Shown one piece after another: positions 48,235 to 58,279 of a DNA stretch of 64,000 nucleotides. Numbering within the stretch: position 1 is the stretch's first letter; each line of letters begins with the position of its first letter. The stretch is from Gammaproteobacteria bacterium (GTDB lineage Bacteria; Pseudomonadota; Gammaproteobacteria; UBA4575): positions 1,391,202-1,455,201 of the forward strand of contig OZ244046.1 in assembly GCA_965215055.1 (NCBI GenBank), written 5' to 3'. Both the position numbers and the translations under genes were made by a program. Below the pieces are notes generated by a model that ran no database searches, had not been told where the DNA came from, and saw nothing but the letters and a program-made list of their open reading frames with translations.

Positions 48235-49555
48235 TCATTTTTTCTTCATTGATGCTGAGCACCATGGATTCCATTTGCCTGCCGGTTGCATCTTGCGGAT
48301 GAGCACCACGAATTCCGTGTTTGAAGTTCTTCAATTGAGTCACCAGGTACCAGTCACTCATCCCTGCAATCCTGGGAGCGTTGACTGCCCATCTGCCTTC
48401 CGCCTGTTTTCCGTGGCATTTGCTGCAAGTAGTATAAAGTCGTTTACCTCTTTCGATATCACCCGCTACGGTGTGCGGCGCGGGTTTATCAGGCAGGGTT
48501 TGAATATAGGCAGCAATATTTTCCATTGCAGCTTCATCTGCAAGGATTGTTGCCATTGGTGCCATTTGTTGTCCGAAGGTATCCCGTGTATCGGCACCCC
48601 GCACGCCATGCTTGAAATACGCGAGTTGACGCTTTATATACCAATCTTCCTGCCCGCTGATCTTGGGTGCGTTGAGTTCGCGCTTGCCTTCACCCTCCGA
48701 GCCGTGACACGCAACGCACGTCTGGTACAGGGTTTTGCCCACGGCGACATTAGCTGGCGGGTGAGCGGATAACTGTGCGTATGTAGATTGCCGAGCCAAC
48801 CACGCCCGGTAATCTTTTTCTTCTTCAACCACCACCCTGCCGCGCATCGTGTGATGGCCGATACCACATAACTCTTCACAGAGAATTTCAAAAGAGCCGA
48901 TACGGGTAGGGGTTAACCACTGCCACGTTATCATGCCGGGGACCAAGTCCATCTTCACGCGGAATTGCGGTACCGTGAAATTATGCAATACGTCTTTAGA
49001 GCGCAACAGGAACTTGACGGGCTGGTCTAACGGTATATGTAACTCATTACCGGGGATCAGGACATCATCCTGTCCGTAAGGGTCTTCTTCATTCATACCG
49101 AATGGATTATCGATACTTATTTTCCTCGCATCGGTCGTGCCCAATCTGCCGTCCTCACCGGGAAGCCGAAAGCTCCATTGCCATTGTTGTCCGACAACCT
49201 CAACGATTGCGGAATGCTCGGGAGGCGATACAAACTTGCCCCAGACGAATAATCCAGGCGCAAGCATCGCCACCACACCCACCGTAGTGATGGCCGTAAG
49301 CCAAGCCTCCAGTTTTTTGTTTTCCGGTTCATATTTGGCGCGCTGGTTTTTACTTTTGTTGCGGTAGCGCAGAATGGCATAAGCCATGAACAGGTTAGCC
49401 GCGACGAAAACGATACCGCATACGATAAACGTGATAGTTACAGTGAGATCAATAGCGCCCCAATTGGAAGCCAACTCAGTGAAGTACCACGGGCTGAGAA
49501 AGTGAAAGATCACTGACCCAACGACTAATACAATCAATATAATGGCAATGGCCAT
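48203..49555 (-). CDS. ctaC: cytochrome c oxidase subunit II with C-terminal di-haem cytochrome c extension (caa3-type)
   Basis: CuA motif CEELCGIGHHTM plus CVACHG and CSKCHG haem c motifs. Confidence 0.9.
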   Translation of the reverse strand: MAIAIILIVLVVGSVIFHFLSPWYFTELASNWGAIDLTVTITFIVCGIVFVAANLFMAYAILRYRNKSKNQRAKYEPENKKLEAWLTAITTVGVVAMLAPGLFVWGKFVSPPEHSAIVEVVGQQWQWSFRLPGEDGRLGTTDARKISIDNPFGMNEEDPYGQDDVLIPGNELHIPLDQPVKFLLRSKDVLHNFTVPQFRVKMDLVPGMITWQWLTPTRIGSFEILCEELCGIGHHTMRGRVVVEEEKDYRAWLARQSTYAQLSAHPPANVAVGKTLYQTCVACHGSEGEGKRELNAPKISGQEDWYIKRQLAYFKHGVRGADTRDTFGQQMAPMATILADEAAMENIAAYIQTLPDKPAPHTVAGDIERGKRLYTTCSKCHGKQAEGRWAVNAPRIAGMSDWYLVTQLKNFKHGIRGAHPQDATGRQMESMVLSINEEKMNDIVAYINTL

Positions 49556-49611
49556 ACTTAAGACCCCTTATCTACAAGCTTCTCTGTTAGACGTATTGGT
49601 GCTTGGCGTTA

Positions 49612-50514
49612 TCACCATGTTATCCCGCCACTGCACTGACAATCCACGAAAATCAAGGTAAACAAACCAAGCAAATATAAAATCGAGAATCCGAATAGCC
49701 TGCGTGTACCATGGTTAGTGATAGGCTTGCGTGCAAAATCTATGGTCAATACCAGGTAAACGCCCCACAACGCAATCGCCAGGATCAAATAAGTCAAGCC
49801 CACCAGTTGAAACCAGTACATTGCGGCACTTGCGGGTAGCAATGCAACAGTATACAGCAACATGCGAAGCTTGGTCGCATGGTCACCACCGACCACGGAC
49901 AAAATCGGCAGCTTGGCCTGACGATATTCATCAACGCGCAACAGTGCCAACGCCCAAAAGTGGGGGGGTTGCCAGATAAACATGATTGCAAACATCACCA
50001 ATGCCGGCCAGCCAACCTCATTAGTCACGGCGGCCCAGCCGATCACGGGCGGTAATGCGCCGGCTATGCCTCCAATTTCCGTACACATCGGGGAAGAACG
50101 CTTGAGCCATCTGGTATAAATGATTACGTAGAAAAACGTCGTACCCGCAGCCAGGTAAGCCGTCAGGGGATTAACCAGGTAAAACAAAATAGCAAAAGAC
50201 CACAAGCTGAGCATAACCCCCAACCACAAGGCCTGTTGCGGGTGCAGCCGAGATGACGGTAGTGCGCGCATGCGAGTGCGTGCCATTTGTTTATCAATTT
50301 CCCGATCTACAAAATTATTGAGTGCACCGCTTGCAGCTGAGGCAAGACCCGTACCCAGCAAGGTCAGTATCACCAAGTCCAAGGCTACCTCGCCATTGCT
50401 GGCCAGCCACATGCCCGTAAACGTGGTAACCAGCACCAATACCGCAATGCGCGGTTTGCACAACTCGAGAAAATCACTCGCTTGACTGCGAACTACAGTT
50501 GTTGTCGCGCTCAA
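49612..50514 (-). CDS. ctaB: protohaem IX farnesyltransferase (haem O synthase)
   Basis: UbiA-family with CyoE/CtaB-like sequence. Confidence 0.9.
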   Translation of the reverse strand: MSATTTVVRSQASDFLELCKPRIAVLVLVTTFTGMWLASNGEVALDLVILTLLGTGLASAASGALNNFVDREIDKQMARTRMRALPSSRLHPQQALWLGVMLSLWSFAILFYLVNPLTAYLAAGTTFFYVIIYTRWLKRSSPMCTEIGGIAGALPPVIGWAAVTNEVGWPALVMFAIMFIWQPPHFWALALLRVDEYRQAKLPILSVVGGDHATKLRMLLYTVALLPASAAMYWFQLVGLTYLILAIALWGVYLVLTIDFARKPITNHGTRRLFGFSILYLLGLFTLIFVDCQCSGGITW

Positions 50515-50986
50515 GATGTAATACCCCGTCGTGGATTATGAATCGAGATGGTATGCAACTCTTTAACTTGTCAGCAAAATATCGCGGTACTACAGCTTCC
50601 AGACCGCCCTGCGGATATTTTCAGATATAAACTGAAATCGAAAATCAAACGTCTTTGTAACTCGCTGTGAAACACTCGCCAACTTGCCATTTTCATACTA
50701 CGCAACCTAGAAGGCCACCATCCATAATGTCCGCCCAGCACGTCTTCAAAAATCTACAGAGAACCGTTTACGTGGATAATGGGATGATAACTGACTCGGA
50801 CAAAATTTTCCAATTACTTTGTCTCGGATAAAATATGCCTAAATGTATATACCGTGCGAGAATTCCTGGTCACGTTACCTGCAGGCAATTATTCATTACC
50901 CATATTGAAATAATGTTGTAGCACATATCAGTTTATACTACGTGGGCGTTATACGTTGAATACAAGCAACAAAACGGAGAGCGATT

Positions 50987-52009
50987 TTGAAAGCAGTTGG
51001 CCTATATAAATATCTTCCGATTCACCAAGCTGATGCCCTGCTCGACCTGGAAGTAGAAAAGCCCGGCCCCGGGGCGAGAGAATTGCTCGTCAACGTACAT
51101 GCTATTGCCGTCAACCCGGTAGACACGAAAATGCGGGCGCCGCAAGACAAGGTCGAAGACACGCCGCGCATATTGGGCTGGGACGCCGCGGGTATCGTTA
51201 CAGCCGTTGGCCCTGGCGCAAATTTATTCAGGCCCGGAGACGAAGTATTTTATGCCGGCAGCTTTATTCGGCCCGGATGCAATAGTGAATTTCACGTTGT
51301 GGACGAACGTATCGTTGGCAGCAAGCCCAAAAGTCTGGATTTTACGCAGGCGGCAGCCTTGCCTCTTACCAGCATTACTGCCTGGGAGGCATTATTCGAC
51401 CGCCTGGGTATAAGCCGCCATGGCGAAAATCAAGGTAAACAACTACTTATTCTGGGCGGAGCCGGGGGTGTAGGCTCGATTGCAACGCAACTTGCCAAGC
51501 AGCTTGCAAAGCTCGTGGTAACCGCCAGCACCTCTCGTTCTCAATCACGCAAGTGGTGCAAGGAACTGGGCGCGGATCATATTATAAATCACTATACAGA
51601 CATTCCGCAGCAGGTCGCCAAGCTTGGCATCGATGGTTACGACTTTATTCTGTGCTGCAATGATACAGATGAACACTGGCAATCAATGGCCACGGTGATA
51701 GCTCCGCAGGGCAAAATCTGCTCCATTGTTGAAACTGCAGCGGACGTGGACCTTGGGGCATTAAAGAGTAAGAGCGCGACGTTTGTCTGGGAATTCATGT
51801 TCACGCGCTCCATGTACGAAACCGAAGACATGATTCAACAACACCATTTGCTTGATAACGTGGCCGAGCTGGTCGATGCGGGCACCGTCAAGACAACCAT
51901 GAACAAGTTACTGAAGCCTATAAATGCCAGCAACTTGAAAAAGGCGCATGCTGAAATTGAAAGCAGGCATACAATAGGCAAAATTGTGCTGCAAGGTTGG
52001 GCAGCGTAG
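50987..52009 (+). CDS. zinc-binding alcohol dehydrogenase / quinone oxidoreductase family (MDR) protein
   Basis: GGAGGVGSIATQLAK Rossmann motif, MDR fold. Confidence 0.8.
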   Translation: MKAVGLYKYLPIHQADALLDLEVEKPGPGARELLVNVHAIAVNPVDTKMRAPQDKVEDTPRILGWDAAGIVTAVGPGANLFRPGDEVFYAGSFIRPGCNSEFHVVDERIVGSKPKSLDFTQAAALPLTSITAWEALFDRLGISRHGENQGKQLLILGGAGGVGSIATQLAKQLAKLVVTASTSRSQSRKWCKELGADHIINHYTDIPQQVAKLGIDGYDFILCCNDTDEHWQSMATVIAPQGKICSIVETAADVDLGALKSKSATFVWEFMFTRSMYETEDMIQQHHLLDNVAELVDAGTVKTTMNKLLKPINASNLKKAHAEIESRHTIGKIVLQGWAA

Positions 52010-52019
52010 AAAACGTTTT

Positions 52020-52904
52020 CTATCCGAGCGTGAGAAAATCACGCCATTGGTCATTCAGGTCGCCGACTGCAACGAACGGCGGATTCAGAAGAGAATCTTT
52101 AGTGTTATAGCGCAATGGCATCAACTCCTGGTCTACCAGCCAGCCTCCTGCTTCCTGCACCACGCACTGGGCTGCCGCGGTATCCCATTCCGAAGTTGGG
52201 CCAAAACGGGGATAGATATCAGCTGCTCCTTCAGCCACCAGGCAAGTTTTGATGGAACTGCCTATGCTGATCAACTCGTATTTACCCACCCGTGCCAACA
52301 ATGCCTGTAATGATTTTCCTGCATTCGAGCGGCTGCCGCATATTGTCGGGGTATTGCCTGGCATGGAACGGCGCGTATTGATTCGGTGCGCAGGTTTATT
52401 CACTCGCTGCTTGAAGGCACCATTATCTTTCGTTGCAAAATAACAGATTTTTTGAGTTGGCACGTACACCACGCCCAGGCTTGTATCCTGGTCTGTTATC
52501 AGCGCGATGTTCACGGCGAACTCGCCGTTCCTTTTAACAAACTCCCTGGTTCCGTCTAACGGGTCGATGAGCCAATAATTCGTCCAGGCGGACCTCTCGC
52601 TATAAGGTATTTCGCCCGATTCTTCCGAAAGTATGGGGATATCAGGAGTCAGCATCCGTAACTGCTCGGATATCAGGCAGTGTGAGGCCATATCTGCGGT
52701 CGTCAGAGGGGAGTGATCATTTTTCTCCTCGACCTCGAACCCATGTCGGTATATTTTCATAATCTCCGCACCGGCCTGCCTGGCAATCTCACAAACCGGA
52801 TTGACCAGTTCTCGCAGCAGCGCGCTATCTATTTTCTTCATCGCCGTATGATGGCGAGCATTCACGAGCGGGATGCCGGGCCTGGATTTTTTGCGGGTAG
52901 ACAA
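52020..52904 (-). CDS. cysQ: 3'(2'),5'-bisphosphate nucleotidase CysQ (inositol monophosphatase family). Start likely internal (MKKIDSAL)
   Basis: Motifs EESGE and WLIDPLDGT. Confidence 0.8.
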   Translation of the reverse strand: MSTRKKSRPGIPLVNARHHTAMKKIDSALLRELVNPVCEIARQAGAEIMKIYRHGFEVEEKNDHSPLTTADMASHCLISEQLRMLTPDIPILSEESGEIPYSERSAWTNYWLIDPLDGTREFVKRNGEFAVNIALITDQDTSLGVVYVPTQKICYFATKDNGAFKQRVNKPAHRINTRRSMPGNTPTICGSRSNAGKSLQALLARVGKYELISIGSSIKTCLVAEGAADIYPRFGPTSEWDTAAAQCVVQEAGGWLVDQELMPLRYNTKDSLLNPPFVAVGDLNDQWRDFLTLG

Positions 52905-53321
52905 TCACCTGTGCCCCCATGTCTTGAAACGCTTTTTACAGTACTTCAACAACGTTTCATAGTTGGGAAAATGCAGGTAATAGCCATCCTCCGCAGGCGA
53001 ATCGAACTCACAATAATCGTTGGAATGATCGCGACAGATCTGTGGGCGCGTCTCGTAAATTCCACAACCACCGTTATCTTGCAGGTGTGTACAGCGAGCA
53101 GACACCATCATCCACCAGCCTTCCTCGTCTTTATAGACTTCGATTCCCTCATGCGACACTTGCCACAGCATGTGCTCATAGTCCAGCTTACTTCTCGGCG
53201 TCGCAAGCTCTTCAGTAACATAGGTACAACAATATGAATTCGTACAATAGCCGCATTTATTCTCAGCAGTGATCGCGGTACCTGGTTCAAGCTTTACTTT
53301 GATATCTGTCAACCGTGTCAT
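52905..53321 (-). CDS. YkgJ-family cysteine-cluster protein
   Basis: CGYCTNSYCC and later Cys-rich motifs. Confidence 0.55.
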   Translation of the reverse strand: MTRLTDIKVKLEPGTAITAENKCGYCTNSYCCTYVTEELATPRSKLDYEHMLWQVSHEGIEVYKDEEGWWMMVSARCTHLQDNGGCGIYETRPQICRDHSNDYCEFDSPAEDGYYLHFPNYETLLKYCKKRFKTWGHR

Positions 53322-53327
53322 CTGCTC

Positions 53328-53612
53328 TCACTTATCTTTGTGAGGCTTTTTTGGTGGTGGCTTGAATCGAACAACCGTAGAGGTCTTGGGTTCATCCGCA
53401 AAATGTGGCCGGTCCTTGTTTTCAATCCCTGCTTGTTCGGCTAACTCGCGTTCACGCGCGGCGATCAAGCTGAAACAGTCGCGAATGTCCTTAATAGTTT
53501 GTTCAGGCAGGGGGTGGCGCATACCGGGACCAGGAGTCGTATCCCTTACTATCTGCGCCAGCAGTTTGCGCATTACCACCAGTATGCGCTGTTCTTTACT
53601 TCTGCTGACCAT
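53328..53612 (-). CDS. hypothetical protein
   Basis: ORF from track. Confidence 0.35.
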   Translation of the reverse strand: MVSRSKEQRILVVMRKLLAQIVRDTTPGPGMRHPLPEQTIKDIRDCFSLIAARERELAEQAGIENKDRPHFADEPKTSTVVRFKPPPKKPHKDK

Positions 53613-53791
53613 TTGAAAAGCACGTCTTTGTACATATCGTGATAGCTAAATATCGAATATCCACTTAGTCCTAGCCTAGCAGATTATGTTATATATACCA
53701 TCGTTCTTTCTCGGCCTTAATACTTGGCGCGGACGCAAATAAAATAATAGAGTTACTGCCATTCGGGCATGAGTATATTATTCAAATAACC

Positions 53792-54241
53792 ATGTTCAAA
53801 TCTATTGCTGCATTCGTCGGAGAGAGAATATCAACTCAACAGCAAGAGATTGACGATCAGCACGTGATGCACCTGGCCGCCGCCGCATTACTGCTGGAAG
53901 TGAGCCGCGCGGATTTTGATATTCAGGACGAAGAGCTTGAGATTATTGCCACGGCGTTACAGAAGAGATTCGATTTCACCCAGGAAGAAGTACGCAACTT
54001 GGTTAACTTGGCACTTACCGAACAGGAAGCGCACGTCTCGATTCATCCGTTTGTAAAAATTATCAACGACGGCTGCACTCCGCAGGAGAAAAAGATGTTG
54101 CTACAGGATTTATGGAGCGTTGCCTATGCTGATGACAAGCTGGACAAATACGAAGAATATCAAATAAGAAAAATTGCCGACTTGCTACACCTGCCGCACA
54201 GCACCTTTATTCAGACCAAGTTGAAAGTTTTGGAGGGCTAG
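53792..54241 (+). CDS. TerB-family (tellurite-resistance-like) protein
   Basis: TerB-like helical domain. Confidence 0.55.
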   Translation: MFKSIAAFVGERISTQQQEIDDQHVMHLAAAALLLEVSRADFDIQDEELEIIATALQKRFDFTQEEVRNLVNLALTEQEAHVSIHPFVKIINDGCTPQEKKMLLQDLWSVAYADDKLDKYEEYQIRKIADLLHLPHSTFIQTKLKVLEG

Positions 54242-54313
54242 GCCAAAGCAGCACAGAAAATATTTAGGCTAATTCAAAATCAGAATTTGAATTAGCCTAA
54301 AGCTTGAATCCAG

Positions 54314-54928
54314 CTAGGCATCATTTCTGCAAAAGCGGTACAAGGCAATTTCGCCAAGCAGGTTTGGCAGCAATTTAATCGTCAAGCTATGCCGGTGGGC
54401 GTAATCCACCGCGGTGCGCTGTATGATTTTTATATTCAGTTCTTCACACAGATTTTCGAAGTCACGGATTGAACAGAGGTGGATATTAGGCGTGTCATAC
54501 CACTCGTTCGGCAGTGTTCTTGTAATCGGCATATGCCCATGCAGGCCAAGTTGCAAGCGACTCTTCCAATGCGCCATATTAGGGAACGTGACAATACCTT
54601 CCCTGCCTATGCGCATCATCTCCTCCAGCAGCTTTTCCGGGTGTTGAATCGCTTGCAGCGTTTGCGTCATTACCACGTAATCAAAAGAATTTTCATCAAA
54701 AAACTCGGTAATGCCTGCATCGAGGTTAGTTTGAATAACCTGTACCCCCTTCTCCACGCACTGAAGTATGTTCTCTTCATCTATTTCCAGGCCATACCCC
54801 GTTACATTGCAGGTTTTCTTCAAATGGGCAAGCAGAGTACCGTCGCCGCAACCCAGGTCGAGTATGCGAGTATCAGGTTTGATCCACTCGCAGATAATCT
54901 CCAGGTCCGGGCGCAGCACTGCATTCAT
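54314..54928 (-). CDS. metW: methionine biosynthesis protein MetW
   Basis: SAM-MTase-like ILDLGCGDG and MetW-like sequence. Overlaps metX by 4 nt. Confidence 0.9.
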   Translation of the reverse strand: MNAVLRPDLEIICEWIKPDTRILDLGCGDGTLLAHLKKTCNVTGYGLEIDEENILQCVEKGVQVIQTNLDAGITEFFDENSFDYVVMTQTLQAIQHPEKLLEEMMRIGREGIVTFPNMAHWKSRLQLGLHGHMPITRTLPNEWYDTPNIHLCSIRDFENLCEELNIKIIQRTAVDYAHRHSLTIKLLPNLLGEIALYRFCRNDA

Positions 54929-56064
54929 GTCCGTATGGTATCCAGGTAGGCACGAAGGGCATTGTGATAGGTGGGAATTGCCATCAGAAACGCGTCGTGT
55001 CCGAGTTCAGCCTCAATCTCCATGTAACTTACCTCCTTGTTGGCGGCAATCAGGGCGCGGGCGATTTCCCGTGAACGCGAGGGTGAAAATCTCCAATCGC
55101 CAGTGAAAGAAACGACCAGGAAATTGGCCTCCGTTGCCTTGAATGCCTTGGCCAGATCATTATCAAAATTAAGTGCCGGATCAAAATAATCCAGCACCTT
55201 GGTCATGATGAGATAAGTGTTTGCATCAAACCGGTCGACAAAGGATTCACCCTGGTAGCGCAAGTAACTTTCCACCTGGAACTCTACGTCAAAGCCGAAA
55301 TTCAGCTTGCCTTCGCGCAAATCACGCCCGAACTTTTCACGCATCGCGTCATCGGACAGATAAGTAATGTGTCCGAGCATACGCGCCAGCATCAACCCGC
55401 GGCGTGGAATCGTGTCATGCTCGTAATAACGCCCCTCGTAGAAATCAGGGTCAGAAAATATCGCTTGGCGCGCCACCTCGTTGAAAGCGATGTTCTGTGC
55501 CGTAAGTTTGGGTGCCGCTGCAATTACCAGCGCGTGACGCAACTGCTTTGGAAAGTCGATCGCCCACTGCATCACCTGCATCCCCCCCAGGCTGCCGCCG
55601 ATGACGGCCGCCCATTGCTCAATGCCCAGTTCCTCGGCCAGGTAGCGTTGACTCACCACCCAGTCATGCACCGTCACGACCGGGAAATCGAGCCCGTAAG
55701 GCTTGCCCGTAGCGGGATTCGTGGTAACGGGTCCGCTGCTGCCTTTGCAGCCGCCCAGGTTATTGGGGCATACGACAAAAAAGCGGTTCGTATCAAACGG
55801 CTTGCCGGGGCCGATGCAATTATCCCACCACCCTGGTTTGCGATCCTGCTCACCGTGATAGCCTGCGGCGTGTTGATCTCCTGAGAGGGCGTGGCAGATC
55901 AACAGTGCATTGGTTTTACGTGGATTTAATTCCCCGTAAGTCTCATAGGCAAGCGTAAATTCCGGCAGCGTGTGCCCGCAATCGAGAGACAGGCTCCTCT
56001 TGATAGTTCTGGATTGAGCCTCGACAAGGCCGACCGAATCTTCGGGAAATGAGCGCGTAGTCAT
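54925..56064 (-). CDS. metX: homoserine O-acyltransferase MetX
   Basis: alpha/beta hydrolase GGSLGGMQ nucleophile motif, MetX-like. Confidence 0.9.
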   Translation of the reverse strand: MTTRSFPEDSVGLVEAQSRTIKRSLSLDCGHTLPEFTLAYETYGELNPRKTNALLICHALSGDQHAAGYHGEQDRKPGWWDNCIGPGKPFDTNRFFVVCPNNLGGCKGSSGPVTTNPATGKPYGLDFPVVTVHDWVVSQRYLAEELGIEQWAAVIGGSLGGMQVMQWAIDFPKQLRHALVIAAAPKLTAQNIAFNEVARQAIFSDPDFYEGRYYEHDTIPRRGLMLARMLGHITYLSDDAMREKFGRDLREGKLNFGFDVEFQVESYLRYQGESFVDRFDANTYLIMTKVLDYFDPALNFDNDLAKAFKATEANFLVVSFTGDWRFSPSRSREIARALIAANKEVSYMEIEAELGHDAFLMAIPTYHNALRAYLDTIRT

Positions 56065-56083
56065 TTTAATGCTTCAAGGCCAG

Positions 56084-56635
56084 CTAAAAGTAAATCGAAG
56101 CAAGAAGGATTTTTATGCAATACAAGGCGATTACGACTACCAGTGGAGAGAGGTCAAACATTCCGATAGGGGGGATGTACCTTCTCACCGGTCGCAGCAA
56201 AGGGCCCGTAACCGTGCGCAGTACGGACGCAAGCGGGTTGTTTTGCACGTACGGGGCAGCCCAACTGAGCAACGCCAATATGATGATTGCGAAAATAAAC
56301 AAATTAATCACCATGTCCACGAGCCCGAATAAGGTAGAGATAATAAGTGGACCAAGCATTATTTTTTTCCCGACCAGCAAGCTCCTGATAAGCAATTCCG
56401 CAAACTTGAGCACAATAACCAGTGCCAGTGCCCCGCTATCAAGGCGGCCGGTGCCGGGCAGCCATCTCCTCAATGGTTGAAGGGCCGGGCTGGTAATCGT
56501 CACTATGAACTGTGAGAACGGGTTATAAAAATCAGCGTTGGTTGCCTCCAGCAACATGCGAATAATGATCGCGTAAATGTACAAGGTAAATAAAATATCC
56601 ACCAGGAAATCAATGACGTTGAGAAAAGGATTCAT
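56084..56635 (-). CDS. yggT: YggT family membrane protein
   Basis: Duplicated YGGT domain. Classical proC-yggT neighbourhood. Confidence 0.8.
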   Translation of the reverse strand: MNPFLNVIDFLVDILFTLYIYAIIIRMLLEATNADFYNPFSQFIVTITSPALQPLRRWLPGTGRLDSGALALVIVLKFAELLIRSLLVGKKIMLGPLIISTLFGLVDMVINLFIFAIIILALLSWAAPYVQNNPLASVLRTVTGPLLRPVRRYIPPIGMFDLSPLVVVIALYCIKILLASIYF

Positions 56636-56637
56636 GT

Positions 56638-57585
56638 CTACTTGTCCTCGGAGGAATTCGTAACCGAAGTCGATGCAGCAAGCTGTTGAGCCTTCTCAGC
56701 CGCGTTGGTGATGGCTGCACAAATAATGTCTTTCACGTTTCCTTGATCCAGTGTCTTGATTGCCGTTTCGGTAGTGCCGCCTTTCGAAGTAACCGCTTGT
56801 CGCAGTTCTTGCGGAGTCTTACCAGTCTTTTCAATCAGTCTTGTCGCACCCGCCGCCGTATGAATGACGAGCTGTCGCGCCTGCTCCTCATCCAGGCCCA
56901 GTGATTGACCGGCCTTCATCATCGCTTCGATCAAATAGAAAAAATAAGCCGGGCCACTGCCCGACACCGCGGTAACCGCATCCAGCATGGCTTCCTGCGG
57001 CAGCCACAGGCTGAAGCCTACGCTGTCGAGGATGGCCCCTGCAATTTCACGTTGTTCAGGGGATACCCTCGGATTTGCGTACATGCCAGCCGCACCGGAT
57101 TGAACCAGGGCAGGGGTGTTGGGCATACAACGCACGATGGCCAATTCACCACCAAGCCAGGCATCCATATCCTTGACGGGTATTCCGGCGGCAATGGAAA
57201 TGATCAGCGGGCGTGTAGACTGACATTGCACTGCTATTTGTTCACATGCAAGGCGCATTGCCTGGGGCTTCACGGCCAGCACGACGATATCGGCAAGCGT
57301 GAGCACCGCTTCCGTTTGCGAGAACACGCCACACTGCTCAAACTGCCCTTTCAGCTTGGCAGATACTTCCGGGTCGGTATCCACGATGGCAATGTCTTGC
57401 GCCGGCCAGCCGCTGTCCAGCAGACCGCTCGCCATGGCTTGTCCCATGTTGCCACCACCGATAAAAACGATTTTCATGCCTGCTGACATTTGACTCATCA
57501 ACCTACGATATCCTCTTTCCAAATATGGCGGTACCCACGCGCACGATAGTTGCGCCTTCGGCAATTGCCGCCTCCAGATCTCCAC
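56638..57585 (-). CDS. proC: pyrroline-5-carboxylate reductase (true start probably ~57498)
   Basis: MKIVFIGGGNMGQAMASGL Rossmann motif. ProC-like throughout. Confidence 0.9.
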   Translation of the reverse strand: MEIWRRQLPKAQLSCAWVPPYLERGYRRLMSQMSAGMKIVFIGGGNMGQAMASGLLDSGWPAQDIAIVDTDPEVSAKLKGQFEQCGVFSQTEAVLTLADIVVLAVKPQAMRLACEQIAVQCQSTRPLIISIAAGIPVKDMDAWLGGELAIVRCMPNTPALVQSGAAGMYANPRVSPEQREIAGAILDSVGFSLWLPQEAMLDAVTAVSGSGPAYFFYLIEAMMKAGQSLGLDEEQARQLVIHTAAGATRLIEKTGKTPQELRQAVTSKGGTTETAIKTLDQGNVKDIICAAITNAAEKAQQLAASTSVTNSSEDK

Positions 57586-58279
57586 TCATCCCCATGGATA
57601 ATGTATCAAGATTCAGCCCGAATTGATTCAGATGTTCAAGCAGCTTGCGCAATTGTGCAAACCGCTGGCGTTGCCGGCCAACGTCATTATCGGCTTGAGG
57701 GATTGCCATCAGCCCCCGCAGCCTGATTTGCGGCAAGCTTTGCAGTGCCCTTGCCAGGTCCAACGCCTCTTTGACAGACACGCCCGACTTCGAGGCTTCA
57801 TGGTCAACGTTCACCTGGATACAAACCTGCAAAGGTGCCAGTGTCGCAGGGCGTTGGGTACTGAGACGCTCGGCGATAATCAAGCGATCTACACTATGCA
57901 CCCAGTCAAAATGCTGTGCAACAAGCCTGGTCTTGTTTTTTTGTACGGGGCCGATGAAATGCCAGCGTAATTCCCTGTCTTCAAGCGCAGTTATTTTTTT
58001 TACAGCCTCCTGGACGTAACTTTCACCAAATTCGTGTTGGCCACGGAGCCTGGCTTCAAACACGTCACCGGCAGGCATGGTTTTACTCACGGCTACGAGA
58101 CAAACACTGCCGGGCGCACGTTGGTACCTGGCCTCCATCCGCTTGATGTCCGCTTTTACACTGGCCAGCCGCGAGCCTATTTGTGAATTCATAGCACCTT
58201 TTACACTATATGACATGGGTTGCCCAAGTTCAGATAAATAATCTTCCTGTTTCGTTTTAGTGATGAAACGGCATATCAT
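57503..58279 (-). CDS. yggS: YggS-family PLP homeostasis protein (start probably internal)
   Basis: CLVAVSKT PLP-lysine motif and YggS-like sequence. Confidence 0.85.
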   Translation of the reverse strand: MICRFITKTKQEDYLSELGQPMSYSVKGAMNSQIGSRLASVKADIKRMEARYQRAPGSVCLVAVSKTMPAGDVFEARLRGQHEFGESYVQEAVKKITALEDRELRWHFIGPVQKNKTRLVAQHFDWVHSVDRLIIAERLSTQRPATLAPLQVCIQVNVDHEASKSGVSVKEALDLARALQSLPQIRLRGLMAIPQADNDVGRQRQRFAQLRKLLEHLNQFGLNLDTLSMGMSGDLEAAIAEGATIVRVGTAIFGKRIS